From positions 33 to 64,032 of the forward strand of contig JAVVGL010000010.1 in assembly GCA_032249135.1 (NCBI GenBank): 64,000 nucleotides of DNA, given 5' to 3'. Position numbers and translations under genes: made by a program. The notes under the pieces are model-generated. The model was not told where the DNA came from. It did no database searches and saw nothing but the letters and a program-made list of their open reading frames with translations. Within the stretch, counting starts at the first letter, position 1, and every line of letters starts with the position of its first letter. Source of the stretch: Candidatus Calescibacterium sp. GTDB lineage: Bacteria > Calescibacteriota > Calescibacteriia > Calescibacteriales > Calescibacteriaceae. Shown piece after piece: positions 30,163 to 39,554 of this stretch.

Positions 30163-30903
30163 TTGACATCACTTCAAGAAATTCTTGAAGAGCTCGATAA
30201 AATAGAAGAAGAGACACTACGAAAGTCATTGAAGCTCGAAGAAATAAAATCCAGGCTGAAGCAGAAAAAGAAAATCCTTCAAGAAAAACAAAACGAACTC
30301 AAAAAAAAGCAGGATGAAAAATTGAATTTAGAACTTCAAATAAGGGAAATAGAATTAAAGATAAAGGAAGAGGAAGAGAAAATTAAAAAATGGGAAAGAC
30401 AATTGAGAGAAACAAAAAATTATAGAGAGCAAATCACTCTAATGAATGAAATAAGTGAAGCAAAAAAAGTAAAAAATCAGTTAGAGGAAGAGGAACTGAA
30501 ATTTATCATCAAAAAAGACGAAGTAGAAAAAGCTCTATCAAATATGGTAAATGAAATGGAAGAATATATTGAGAGAGAATCAAAAGAAATAGATGAAATG
30601 GAAAAAGAGGTAGATAAGATAGAAGAAGAGATAAAAATACTTCAAAAGAGGAAGGAAGAAGTTTTTTGGAAAATAAGGGAACTATATCCTGATGTTTTTA
30701 GGAAATATGAAGAGATGAGAGGAGGATCCGGTAGTAAGATTGTGGCAAAAATTGAGGATGGAGTATGTTCTGCGTGCAATATCGTAATTTTTCCCGATAT
30801 ATTAGCAAGGCTTTATGCAAATCCAGATGGATTTGAGACATGCCCGAATTGCGGGGCAATTTTATATGTAGATCACAGTGGAGATGGAACTGAGGGCGCG
30901 TAG
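30163..30903 (+). CDS. coiled-coil protein with C4-type zinc ribbon (DUF164/CT398-like)
   Basis: Long coiled coil followed by CSAC...CPNCGAILY. The stop codon lies within tRNA-Val. Confidence 0.88.
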   Translation: MTSLQEILEELDKIEEETLRKSLKLEEIKSRLKQKKKILQEKQNELKKKQDEKLNLELQIREIELKIKEEEEKIKKWERQLRETKNYREQITLMNEISEAKKVKNQLEEEELKFIIKKDEVEKALSNMVNEMEEYIERESKEIDEMEKEVDKIEEEIKILQKRKEEVFWKIRELYPDVFRKYEEMRGGSGSKIVAKIEDGVCSACNIVIFPDILARLYANPDGFETCPNCGAILYVDHSGDGTEGA

Positions 30904-30968
30904 CTCAGTGGGAGAGCGCCGTCTTGACGAGGCGGAGGTCGGCGGTTCGATCCCGCCCGCGCCCACCA
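30894..30968 (+). tRNA. tRNA-Val(GAC)
   Basis: GGGCGCG/CGCGCCC-ACCA acceptor stem, anticodon arm CCGTC-TTGACGA-GGCGG, and GGTTCGATCC. Confidence 0.94.
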
Positions 30969-31063
30969 CAAAGAAAAAAAACAAAAATTTTCATACCCAC
31001 AAAAATACAAAAAATTCCGCAAAAACAAAAAAAATAAAAAGCAAAAACTAAAAACAAAAACAT

Positions 31064-31501
31064 ATGATCGGCGTAGAAAAAGTCAATATAAAAGTTCCAA
31101 AAAATGAAGTTCCACAAAGAGGAGCAAGAAAAAGAGCAGTAGCGAAAGTATGGATATGGGAAAAAAAAGAAGCAAACCCTAACCCAGAAATATATGTAAA
31201 TAGAATTCCTTACGACAAATACTTCCCAGACAAGATTTTGCAAATAATAGTAAGGCGTCCCCTTGAAGTAACAAATAGAGTTGAAAAATATATTGTTTTC
31301 GCACAGGTAAGGGGAAGTGGTCCATCTGCTCAGGCACAAGCTATAGCGCACGGCATATCACGGGCATTAGAAAAAAAAGAACCCGAACTGAGAAAAATCT
31401 TGAAACCCTTAGGCTTACTTACAAGAGACCCAAGAGAAGTTGAAAGGAAAAAATATGGAAGAAGAAAAGCAAGAAAAACACAACAGTGGAAAAAGAGATA
31501 A
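31064..31501 (+). CDS. rpsI: 30S ribosomal protein S9
   Basis: GARKRAVAKV, GSGPSAQAQAIAHGISRAL and LLTRDPREVERKKYGRRKARKTQQWKKR. Confidence 0.97.
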   Translation: MIGVEKVNIKVPKNEVPQRGARKRAVAKVWIWEKKEANPNPEIYVNRIPYDKYFPDKILQIIVRRPLEVTNRVEKYIVFAQVRGSGPSAQAQAIAHGISRALEKKEPELRKILKPLGLLTRDPREVERKKYGRRKARKTQQWKKR

Positions 31502-32730
31502 TAAAATCAACTGAGAAAAAAAATATTTTCCTTTTTTCTGGTATAAACTGTGGAATAAAGAAAAATTCTAAAAAAGATTTCGGAATAATAGTTTTGCCTC
31601 AAAGCAGTCAAACCATAGGTTTCTTTACCACCAATAAAGTAAAAAGTGAAGCAATAGAGAGGGCAGAAAAAATCCTGAAAAAAAATATAAACCCCAAAAT
31701 AATAGCTGTAATATCTGGGAATGCAATGTGTAGATATGAAGGTGTAGAAAAAGATATAAAGGAAATAGTATCATCAATAAAAGATGAAGTAAACAAAAGA
31801 AAAATCTTCGAAAAAAAAATAAAAGATGACGATATTGTTCTTCTTGCAACAGGGAAAATAGGAACAAAACTAAATGTAGAAAAAGTAATAAGCTCCATTC
31901 CAAAAGCATTAGATAACCTTGAAGAAGAAGAAAAAAATTTCGCAGAAGCTATACTTACAACAGATAAAAAAATAAAAATTTCAAGGTACAAAGATGGTAA
32001 AATTTCTATCGTAGGTATAGCCAAGGGAGCAGGAATGATCTTTCCTGAATTCTCTCATGCAACAACATTATCTTTTATTCTTACAAACGCACAAGTGCCG
32101 AAAGAAGCGAGAAAGAAAATTTATTTTCTGCTTTCAAAAACAATAGGAGCAGTAAATATAGACTTTTCCCGAAGCACAAATGATTCATCTTTATTTATAT
32201 TTGGGAATAAAGAAAATGTAGATGAGAGAAAATTATTAAAAGGAATAGAAAAGGTTTTATCTGAACTTGCAGTAAAAATAGCAGAAGATGGAGAAGGTGT
32301 AAATCATGTTGTGAAAGTTGTGGTAATGGGAGCAGAAAATGAAAGATCAGCAAGAAAAATTTGCGAAATTGTGTCATCGTCCTTTCTTTTCAAGTCATCC
32401 ATTGCGGGAGAAAACCCAGATTTCGGGAGAGTACTCGCAGCTGTTGGATCATCAGGAGAAAAAATAGGGAAAATAAATGTGTTTATTGAAGACGATTTTT
32501 ACTTTTTTGACGAAAAAACAAAAAAAGGGAAGAATACAGAATCAAAAAAAACGGAAAAAGTTCAAGTAATAAGAAACACAAAAATAATTTCAGAAAATCT
32601 TGATTTAGCAAGAAAAATAATGAAAAAAGATAAGTATACAATCTACATAGATATAGGAGTAGGCAAAGGTATCTCCCAAATTCTTATGACAGATCTTACG
32701 GAAGAATATGTGAAAATAAATAAAGTTTAA
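31486..32730 (+). CDS. argJ: ornithine acetyltransferase/N-acetylglutamate synthase
   Basis: FTTNKV, SGNA, AILTTD, GIAKGAGMI..ATTL (autocleavage site), STND, DGEG and DLTEEYVKIN. Confidence 0.9.
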   Translation: MEKEIIKSTEKKNIFLFSGINCGIKKNSKKDFGIIVLPQSSQTIGFFTTNKVKSEAIERAEKILKKNINPKIIAVISGNAMCRYEGVEKDIKEIVSSIKDEVNKRKIFEKKIKDDDIVLLATGKIGTKLNVEKVISSIPKALDNLEEEEKNFAEAILTTDKKIKISRYKDGKISIVGIAKGAGMIFPEFSHATTLSFILTNAQVPKEARKKIYFLLSKTIGAVNIDFSRSTNDSSLFIFGNKENVDERKLLKGIEKVLSELAVKIAEDGEGVNHVVKVVVMGAENERSARKICEIVSSSFLFKSSIAGENPDFGRVLAAVGSSGEKIGKINVFIEDDFYFFDEKTKKGKNTESKKTEKVQVIRNTKIISENLDLARKIMKKDKYTIYIDIGVGKGISQILMTDLTEEYVKINKV

Positions 32731-32744
32731 ATCTCAAAGCGAAA

Positions 32745-34517
32745 TTAGTTTCCAAAATTTTTCCCGTATTCACCTTGTAATCTCATAGCTACCTTTGAGT
32801 TCATGTAATATTCTATTATTTTTTTTGCGATTGGAGCCGCACATTTTGCACCTCCACCGCAATGCTCCACAACCACAGACACGACTATTTCGGGTTTTTC
32901 ATAAGGAGCAAAAGCTGTAAACCATGCATGATCTCTGAACTCTTTTGGAATTTCATCAAAACTTATTCTCTCCCAAGGTTTCCCCAAAATTTTCTCTATA
33001 GCGCGAATTGATGCAACCTGAGATGTTCCTGTTTTTCCTCCATACTTTACTGTTTGCAATTTGCTTGCAGCCGCTGTTCCCCACTCTACAACATAAAGCA
33101 TAGCTTCCTTTATGATATCAAGAGTTTTATCAGAAACATCAATTTTTGTTTTGGGAAAATCAAGAACCTTATCTCCTACCTTCTTCACAACATGAGGAGT
33201 CACAAGATAGCCGCCATTTACTATGGCTGATGTGAGTCTTGCAATTTGTACAGCTGTAACGGTAGTATAACTTTGCCCAACTGCAACTGAAATTGTTTCA
33301 CCTTCATACCACTTATCTTTCAAGACCTGCCTTTTCCACTCCCGTCCAGGTATAAGTCCCGGTTGCTCAAGAGTGAGGTCAATGCCTGTTTTTTGTCCAA
33401 GTCCGAACTTTTTCGCCCACTTTTCTATTCTATCTATACCTACTTTTAGCCCAAGAGTATAAAAATAAACATCACAAGATTTCGCAATAGCTCCCATAAG
33501 GTCCAACGACCCATGTCCCTCTTTTTTCCAACATCTGAATTCGTTTTTCCCGAAGAAAAATTTGCCGGGGCAACTTACTCTGAAATCCTTTGATATTATC
33601 CCTTCTTCAAGAGCAGCTATTGCAACAACTAATTTGAAGACCGAGCCAGGGTGATATTCAGCAGATATAGCTCTGTTTATAAGGGGTTTTCGCGGATCTG
33701 ATATATATTCAGACCATCTTTCTTTCTCTACTTTTCTGCTAAAAGAATTTGGATCAAAAGGTGGAGATGAAACCAAAGCTAAAATTTCCCCACTATGTGG
33801 ATTCATCACGACTATTGCTCCTTCATAGTCTTTTATTAAATCTTCTGCGATAGCCTGAATTTGGGAATCTATTGTAAGCCATAGAGTTTCTCCTCTTTTT
33901 CCTTCTTCACTTTTTACAAGCTCTATTTCTCTTCCGAGAGCGTCTATTTCAACGATTTTTTTTGAAGGCTCACCCCTTATATATTCATCGTACACGGCTT
34001 CAACGCCATATATTCCACGATATTCATATGGTCTCTCAGTTTTCACATATCCCAAAACGTGGGAGGCAAACGTTCTGAGTGGATAAACTCTTTTAAAAAC
34101 AAGTTCAAAGTAAATAAAAGGAAGATTAGGAATAAGGGGTAAAATTTCAGCAAGCTCATTGTATTCAACATCTGTTTTTATTGGGATTGGGTAATATATA
34201 GTTTTTTTCAATATTTCATCAATATACTCTTTATTTTCTACTATATCATAAAGCTCCTCCGGTACTTTTCTTCTGACCTCTATCGGAACAATAAGCATAT
34301 CAATAGATATACCATTTCCCGCAACGAGGACACCGTCTGATGTGTATATTTCTCCTCTTTTTGGAGGCAAAAGTTTTACTCGTGTTCTTATAGATTGAGC
34401 CCTTTCCAATATTTCAGGTCTATGAGATATTTGCAGGTAAAAAAATCTTCCCAAAGAAATAAATATTCCTAAGGTCACACAAAACATCAAAAATAAGATC
34501 CTTCTTTTTATGTTCAT
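32745..34517 (-). CDS. mrdA: penicillin-binding protein 2
   Basis: N-terminal TM, PKRGEI, PGSVFK (SxxK), KSCDVYFY (SxD), GKTGTSQ and DHAWF. Confidence 0.93.
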   Translation of the reverse strand: MNIKRRILFLMFCVTLGIFISLGRFFYLQISHRPEILERAQSIRTRVKLLPPKRGEIYTSDGVLVAGNGISIDMLIVPIEVRRKVPEELYDIVENKEYIDEILKKTIYYPIPIKTDVEYNELAEILPLIPNLPFIYFELVFKRVYPLRTFASHVLGYVKTERPYEYRGIYGVEAVYDEYIRGEPSKKIVEIDALGREIELVKSEEGKRGETLWLTIDSQIQAIAEDLIKDYEGAIVVMNPHSGEILALVSSPPFDPNSFSRKVEKERWSEYISDPRKPLINRAISAEYHPGSVFKLVVAIAALEEGIISKDFRVSCPGKFFFGKNEFRCWKKEGHGSLDLMGAIAKSCDVYFYTLGLKVGIDRIEKWAKKFGLGQKTGIDLTLEQPGLIPGREWKRQVLKDKWYEGETISVAVGQSYTTVTAVQIARLTSAIVNGGYLVTPHVVKKVGDKVLDFPKTKIDVSDKTLDIIKEAMLYVVEWGTAAASKLQTVKYGGKTGTSQVASIRAIEKILGKPWERISFDEIPKEFRDHAWFTAFAPYEKPEIVVSVVVEHCGGGAKCAAPIAKKIIEYYMNSKVAMRLQGEYGKNFGN

Positions 34518-34676
34518 CTTGAACTATAATCTTTATAATAAAAAATTAGCAAAACATCAAATGAGAAAAAAATTTTACTCCACTACTTGAAATTGTCTAT
34601 TTTATCCTGTTTTTCCTAAGAGAATATAGAGAAAAATAAGAAATGTGAAGAGAAAAATTTTATCTACTCATAAAAT

Positions 34677-34721
34677 AAATAGTTGAAAAATTCAACAAAT
34701 TTTCCGTTTTTTCAACTATTT
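34677..34721. promoter_or_regulatory. putative operator: perfect 14-bp inverted repeat overlapping a GTTGAA-N3-TTCAAC palindrome
   Basis: AAATAGTTGAAAAA (34677-34690) and TTTTTCAACTATTT (34708-34721), with GTTGAAAAATTCAAC at 34682-34696. Lies upstream of the cytochrome-MarR genes. Confidence 0.5.
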
Positions 34722-34782
34722 TGCAATCCAAAACTAAAATAAACTATGAAAAACAAAACCAAAAAAGGAGGTGAAAAATAAC

Positions 34783-35286
34783 ATGGCAAAAACAAAAATA
34801 AAAACAATAATTAAAATAGGTACAATACCAGTGGGAACATCACTGTTGACAGCATCGCTATATCTTCTAACCGATGCGCAAAAGACATACTTTCCAGATG
34901 GCTACCGAAATTGGTTCCATGTTAAATCTATGATAATAGAAGAAGGACATCCACTATTTAATGCATTCGGCGGAATACATCATATATATGCGAACGAAAA
35001 AGCTGTAAAGGGGTATAAAACAGGAAAGTTCGAAGATGGCTCTGTAATAGTCTTTGACTTACTTGATACAATAAAATCAGATAACACAATACAGGAAGGA
35101 AAAAGAAAAGTATTAGCTTACATGAGAAAGAACTCAAAAATGAAGGAAACAGGAGGATGGGAATGGGTAGCATTCGCAGGGGGTGATAGAACCAAACAAG
35201 TTGTAAAAGATCCAAAAGCAGAATGTTTTTCCTGCCACGAACAACAGAAAGATAATGACTATGTTTTCTCAAAAATAAGAGAGTAA
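34783..35286 (+). CDS. cytochrome P460 family protein, probably cytochrome c'-beta type
   Basis: FPDGYRNW, HHIYAN, FEDGSVIVF, TGGWEW and C-terminal CFSCH..DYVFS. SD AGGAGGTG precedes ATG 34783. Confidence 0.9.
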   Translation: MAKTKIKTIIKIGTIPVGTSLLTASLYLLTDAQKTYFPDGYRNWFHVKSMIIEEGHPLFNAFGGIHHIYANEKAVKGYKTGKFEDGSVIVFDLLDTIKSDNTIQEGKRKVLAYMRKNSKMKETGGWEWVAFAGGDRTKQVVKDPKAECFSCHEQQKDNDYVFSKIRE

Positions 35287-35296
35287 AAATAAAAAC

Positions 35297-35337
35297 GGGG
35301 GAACCGAAAAATATGAAAAAATCTTTAAGGTTCCCCC
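35297..35337 (+). terminator. stem-loop after the cytochrome gene (possible terminator or stabiliser)
   Basis: GGGGGAACC...GGTTCCCCC, a 9-bp stem with a long A-rich loop and only a weak U tail. Confidence 0.45.
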
Positions 35338-35387
35338 CTTCACCAAGATTTTATTTATAAAAAAAACAAAAATAACAATTCAAAATA

Positions 35388-35969
35388 ATGACTTCAAAAA
35401 GAGAAAATGAAATAGAAGAGAAAATAGTGATGGGGTTAGAGAGGGTCAGCGAATTGTTTTTTACGGTTCTTTCTAAATCTGCCAAGAAACATAATCTGAA
35501 CAGACAGCAAATACAAATCATATTGAATTTGAAGAATAAACCCGAAAATTTAAAAACTTTGCAGGAAAAAACAAATCAAGATAAATCAACATTATCTAAA
35601 TCTCTCAAAGAACTTAAAGCAAAGAAAATGATTTTTTACAAGGAAGGAAAAGATAAAAGAGAAAAGTTAATTTTCTTCACAGAAAAAGTAAATAGAATAG
35701 ATATAATGAAAGATTTTTTGTTTGTAAAAGAGGCTCTAAAAAAGCTTTCAAGCAAAGAAAAAGAAACAATTTACAAATTCATTCTTGGAATTATTGATGA
35801 AGCTTTGAGATTTGGATTAATAAAATATCAGAACATGTGCTACACCTGTATTTTCTTCAAGAGAAAAAAAGATAAAATGTTTTGTGCATATCTTGAAAAA
35901 GAACTCAAATTAAAAGATGTTATGATAGATTGCAAAGATTATATGAAAAAAATTTATTTTGAAACCTGA
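35388..35969 (+). CDS. MarR-family regulator with a C-terminal four-Cys domain
   Basis: Winged helix KSTLSKSLKELKAK...DKREKLI, then QNMCYTC...FCAYL...IDCKDY. Confidence 0.85.
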   Translation: MTSKRENEIEEKIVMGLERVSELFFTVLSKSAKKHNLNRQQIQIILNLKNKPENLKTLQEKTNQDKSTLSKSLKELKAKKMIFYKEGKDKREKLIFFTEKVNRIDIMKDFLFVKEALKKLSSKEKETIYKFILGIIDEALRFGLIKYQNMCYTCIFFKRKKDKMFCAYLEKELKLKDVMIDCKDYMKKIYFET

Positions 35970-37543
35970 TCTTCAAAAATCACCTCATAATCTTTAAATC
36001 TGAAAACATAAATTTCATTCTGATTAAGAATATAGAGGAACTTATTATCTTGAAAGGTAGCGCTACAAAGAGGTGAAATTCTTGGGAAAACGAATTCTTT
36101 CCCGAACTTTGCTTTTGGTTTAAGTTTTGTAAAAACAACTCTGCCGTCTTGATAGATATATACTCCAACCATCCCCGAAAAGTTTTCTTGCCCAGTGAAA
36201 TCTCCTACAATAACTACTCTCCTTACAACCTCCTCCCCCTTAAGAATAACTTTTTCCCCATTCCATAGAAAAACTGTTCCCTGAGGCGGAATATTTTTTT
36301 CAAGATCAACTCCCTCATCAATCTCCCCATATTCGGTCTGTTTTACTTTTAAAATTCTCACTATGCTTTCTGCTTCGCAAGAATTTTTAACTCCATAAAT
36401 CATACTGATGGAATAAGGTAAAAAAGGATTCCAAGAATACTTACCATCTTGATTTTTTGATAGTGCATACATAGACTTCTCCGGTGCAATATCAAGATCA
36501 GAAGTAATCCCACCCCATATCAGGACCGATTTTTCATCAATTGCAAATACTGAAGGTCTGATGCGAGCTGGTGGGAGTGTTAAACTATAAGGTGAAATTT
36601 CGTCCCAGATGACAGAACTTCCTTCAACTTTGAATGAAATCAACCTTTCTAATCCAACTCTACTGAACCTACCAATTTCCCTTGCGTAACTCAAACTTTT
36701 TATATTGAACTTTGTTCCACCCAAAATTACGAAATTCCCATTAATTTTTGATACCTTATGTCCTAAAAGACCGAAGCCAAAAAAACCATTTTCACCGAAA
36801 GGTATAATTTTTCCTCTGTTTTCTAATATGATGACTCTACCGTCTGGGAAGATTCCCAAAGGCAAATCAACAAGTTCATCTCCTACCACTCCACCTACCG
36901 ATACAAATTTTTCTCCATCCCAGATAATTTGAGATCCGGATATAGGTGGAACTCCCCCCGAAATTAGTTCAAGTTTGTATTCTACCGAATCCCCTTTTAT
37001 TTTATAAATACCTGGGAACATAAGATATGTGTCTTTGCCATCAGAAGCAAGGGCAAAGAAACTCCCTTGCAGTTCAATTTTTCTGATGAATTCACTGGAA
37101 GTCCCCGGAACATCTTTGGTTTGGAATTCTACAACATTTGAGTAAGAGAAATTTCCTGCATCATCCCATACTCTTACTGCAACAAAGTATTTTGTATTAG
37201 GTTCAAGATTTTTAAGAAAGATTTTAACTTTCCCTCCGGCAGGTGGTGGAAATGGTGCTTCCGGGAACTCAATACCCTTAGCAAAATTTTCTTGGAGATT
37301 TGTTTTAAAACTTTCATCTTGCGAATATCTCAATTCAATTTTGCTTGCAGTTCCTCTCATAAGGTCATCTCCGGGAGCTGTGAATTCAATTTGAGCACCG
37401 TAGTAATCAATATAGGATACGCGCAAGTCAATAACGGCAGAAGGTGGGATCAGGTCTTTTACTTCACCACCCGGTGAGCAGTAAATAAATGAAAACAAAA
37501 CATATAAGGCGATATAAATAAATCTCCTCAAAAATTCGCCCAC
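35954..37543 (-). CDS. exported putative lipoprotein with an FN3 domain and kelch-like repeats
   Basis: Signal peptide ending in Cys. FTAPGDD...LEPNTKYFVAVRVWDDAGNFS marks FN3; GG motifs and PPAR segments suggest kelch repeats. Confidence 0.6.
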   Translation of the reverse strand: MGEFLRRFIYIALYVLFSFIYCSPGGEVKDLIPPSAVIDLRVSYIDYYGAQIEFTAPGDDLMRGTASKIELRYSQDESFKTNLQENFAKGIEFPEAPFPPPAGGKVKIFLKNLEPNTKYFVAVRVWDDAGNFSYSNVVEFQTKDVPGTSSEFIRKIELQGSFFALASDGKDTYLMFPGIYKIKGDSVEYKLELISGGVPPISGSQIIWDGEKFVSVGGVVGDELVDLPLGIFPDGRVIILENRGKIIPFGENGFFGFGLLGHKVSKINGNFVILGGTKFNIKSLSYAREIGRFSRVGLERLISFKVEGSSVIWDEISPYSLTLPPARIRPSVFAIDEKSVLIWGGITSDLDIAPEKSMYALSKNQDGKYSWNPFLPYSISMIYGVKNSCEAESIVRILKVKQTEYGEIDEGVDLEKNIPPQGTVFLWNGEKVILKGEEVVRRVVIVGDFTGQENFSGMVGVYIYQDGRVVFTKLKPKAKFGKEFVFPRISPLCSATFQDNKFLYILNQNEIYVFRFKDYEVIFEDQVSK

Positions 37544-37764
37544 ATAATTAAGTATAAGAACAAAAGATATAGAAAGTCAAAAAATTAGATATTGGATACA
37601 CAGGAGAGATTTTAGAAAAGGAAATTGCACAAGAATTTTAGCAATCTATTATTTTATTGAATTTATTGAAATTGAAAATTAATGAAGGGAAGTAGAAATA
37701 AAAATCAAAAATTTGATTTTCTCTCTGATGATAAAAAATGAAAGAATCTACGGAATTTTTCGGT

Positions 37765-39354
37765 CTAAATTATTGTATCTTTTTTGAAATCTATGTCGTT
37801 CTTGAAAGGATAATCTATGTTAAAATGCGTTCCTCTTGATTCTTTTCTTGACATTGCAGAAGTAATTATAAGCTCTGCGACAATTGCTATGTTTCTGAGT
37901 TCTATAAGGTCAGGTGAAATATAATACTTCCAGTAATCCTCCATTACATCTCGTTTTATAATTGAAAGTCTCTCATAAGCTCTCTTCAATCTTTTATCAG
38001 ACCTCACAACACCTACATAGTTCCACATAAGCCTCCTTATTTCGTCCCAAGTATGAGAAATGAGTATTTTCTCGTCTTGTGGAATCGTTTTTTCTGATCT
38101 CCACGGTGGTATATCTTCCTTAGGAATTTGAATTTTTTTTGGATACTCAAGACATTTCTTCAAAGCTCTTTTTGACATAACGACGCATTCCAAAAGCGAA
38201 TTGGATGCGAGCCTATTTGCTCCGTGAAATCCTGTGTAAGCAACCTCTCCTATTGCAAACAATCTTGAAATTGTAGTTTCACCATAAGAATCTGTTAGAA
38301 CTCCCCCGCACATAAAATGAGCTCCGGGAGCTACTGGAATTGGTTCAGATGTTATATCTATTCCTAATTCAAGACATTTCTGGTATATTTTTGGAAATCT
38401 TTTTATTATAAAATCTTTTGGTAGATGAGTGAGATCCAAGTACACATGTTCTGTCCCTGATTTTTTCAGTTCTATATCTATTGCTCTTGCTACAATATCT
38501 CTTGGTGCAAGATCTCGGAGTGGATGATATTTTTTCATAAATGGTTCCCCATCTTTCGTCCTCAAAATTCCTCCTTCCCCTCTTACTGACTCTGAAATCA
38601 AAAAATTTTTTTCTTTGTGATGATATAGAACTGTGGGATGGAATTGGTAGAACTCCATATTTGCTATTTTCGCTCCTGCTCTCCTTGCCATAGCAACCCC
38701 ATCTCCTGTTGCTGTATCTGGATTTGATGTTATAAGATATACCTTTCCTGCTCCCCCTGTTGCAAGTATCACAAAGTTAGCAAAGAATATTTCAATATCT
38801 CCTGTCTTTTTGTTGAGAACATAAGCTCCATAGCATTCATCTTCAAATCCATCTCTTCTCCCTATAAACTTGAATTTTGTTATAAGGTCTATTGCCATAT
38901 GATCCTCAAATACCTGAACATTTTTGCTTTTGAGCAAAGTCTCTATTAATTTTGTTTGGATTTCCTGTCCTGTATAATCACCTTTATGCAAAATTCTTCT
39001 TTCTGAATGACCTCCTTCCTTTGTTAAATGAAATCCTCCATTTTCTTTATCAAAATCTACCCCCCAAGATATAAGTTCTTCTATAGCAGATTTTGATTCT
39101 GATATTATTTCCCTGACGATTTCAGGGTTGCATAAACCATCTCCTGCTTTCAGGGTATCCTCTATATGTTTTTCTATTGAGTCTTGTGGGGAAAGTGGAG
39201 ACGCTGCTATTCCGCCTTGCGCATAAAAGCTATTTGATTCTATGAGCTTACCCTTCGTGATTAGTGCAACTTGCCCGAATTTTGAAGCTCTTATTGCAAA
39301 TGAAATTCCAGCGAGTCCAGAACCAATTACAAGAAAATCAAAAACACTGCTCAT
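37765..39354 (-). CDS. nadB: L-aspartate oxidase
   Basis: YAQGGIA, EGGHSERRILH, QFHPT, LISESVRGEG, LAPRDIVARAI, HGANRLASNSLLE and ESRGTHF. Confidence 0.96.
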   Translation of the reverse strand: MSSVFDFLVIGSGLAGISFAIRASKFGQVALITKGKLIESNSFYAQGGIAASPLSPQDSIEKHIEDTLKAGDGLCNPEIVREIISESKSAIEELISWGVDFDKENGGFHLTKEGGHSERRILHKGDYTGQEIQTKLIETLLKSKNVQVFEDHMAIDLITKFKFIGRRDGFEDECYGAYVLNKKTGDIEIFFANFVILATGGAGKVYLITSNPDTATGDGVAMARRAGAKIANMEFYQFHPTVLYHHKEKNFLISESVRGEGGILRTKDGEPFMKKYHPLRDLAPRDIVARAIDIELKKSGTEHVYLDLTHLPKDFIIKRFPKIYQKCLELGIDITSEPIPVAPGAHFMCGGVLTDSYGETTISRLFAIGEVAYTGFHGANRLASNSLLECVVMSKRALKKCLEYPKKIQIPKEDIPPWRSEKTIPQDEKILISHTWDEIRRLMWNYVGVVRSDKRLKRAYERLSIIKRDVMEDYWKYYISPDLIELRNIAIVAELIITSAMSRKESRGTHFNIDYPFKNDIDFKKDTII

Positions 39355-39554
39355 TTTTTATCTTGGCAATTGTTCAAAATTTTCTAATTAATTAAAACTT
39401 TATAAATAAAGATTTACATAAATTCTCCTTATTATTATACATATTATTATTATACATAAATTCAAGCTTTTTAGGCAATATACAAAATCTCCTCCGTTCT
39501 TTTTTACTTTTTCTTAAACTCTTTTGTTTTTTTTAAATTTTTTCGTTTCCTCAC

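Noticed and set aside
27855-30968. Genomic island integrated at tmRNA or a tRNA
   Set aside because: No integrase and no duplicated 3' tRNA/tmRNA fragment were seen, and the flanking genes are housekeeping.
30905-31351. 148-aa minus-strand ORF
   Set aside because: Antisense to rpsI, an A-rich spacer and tRNA-Val.
37544-37764. Open reading stretches in the nadB-FN3 spacer
   Set aside because: No start codon or SD, and no recognisable motif.
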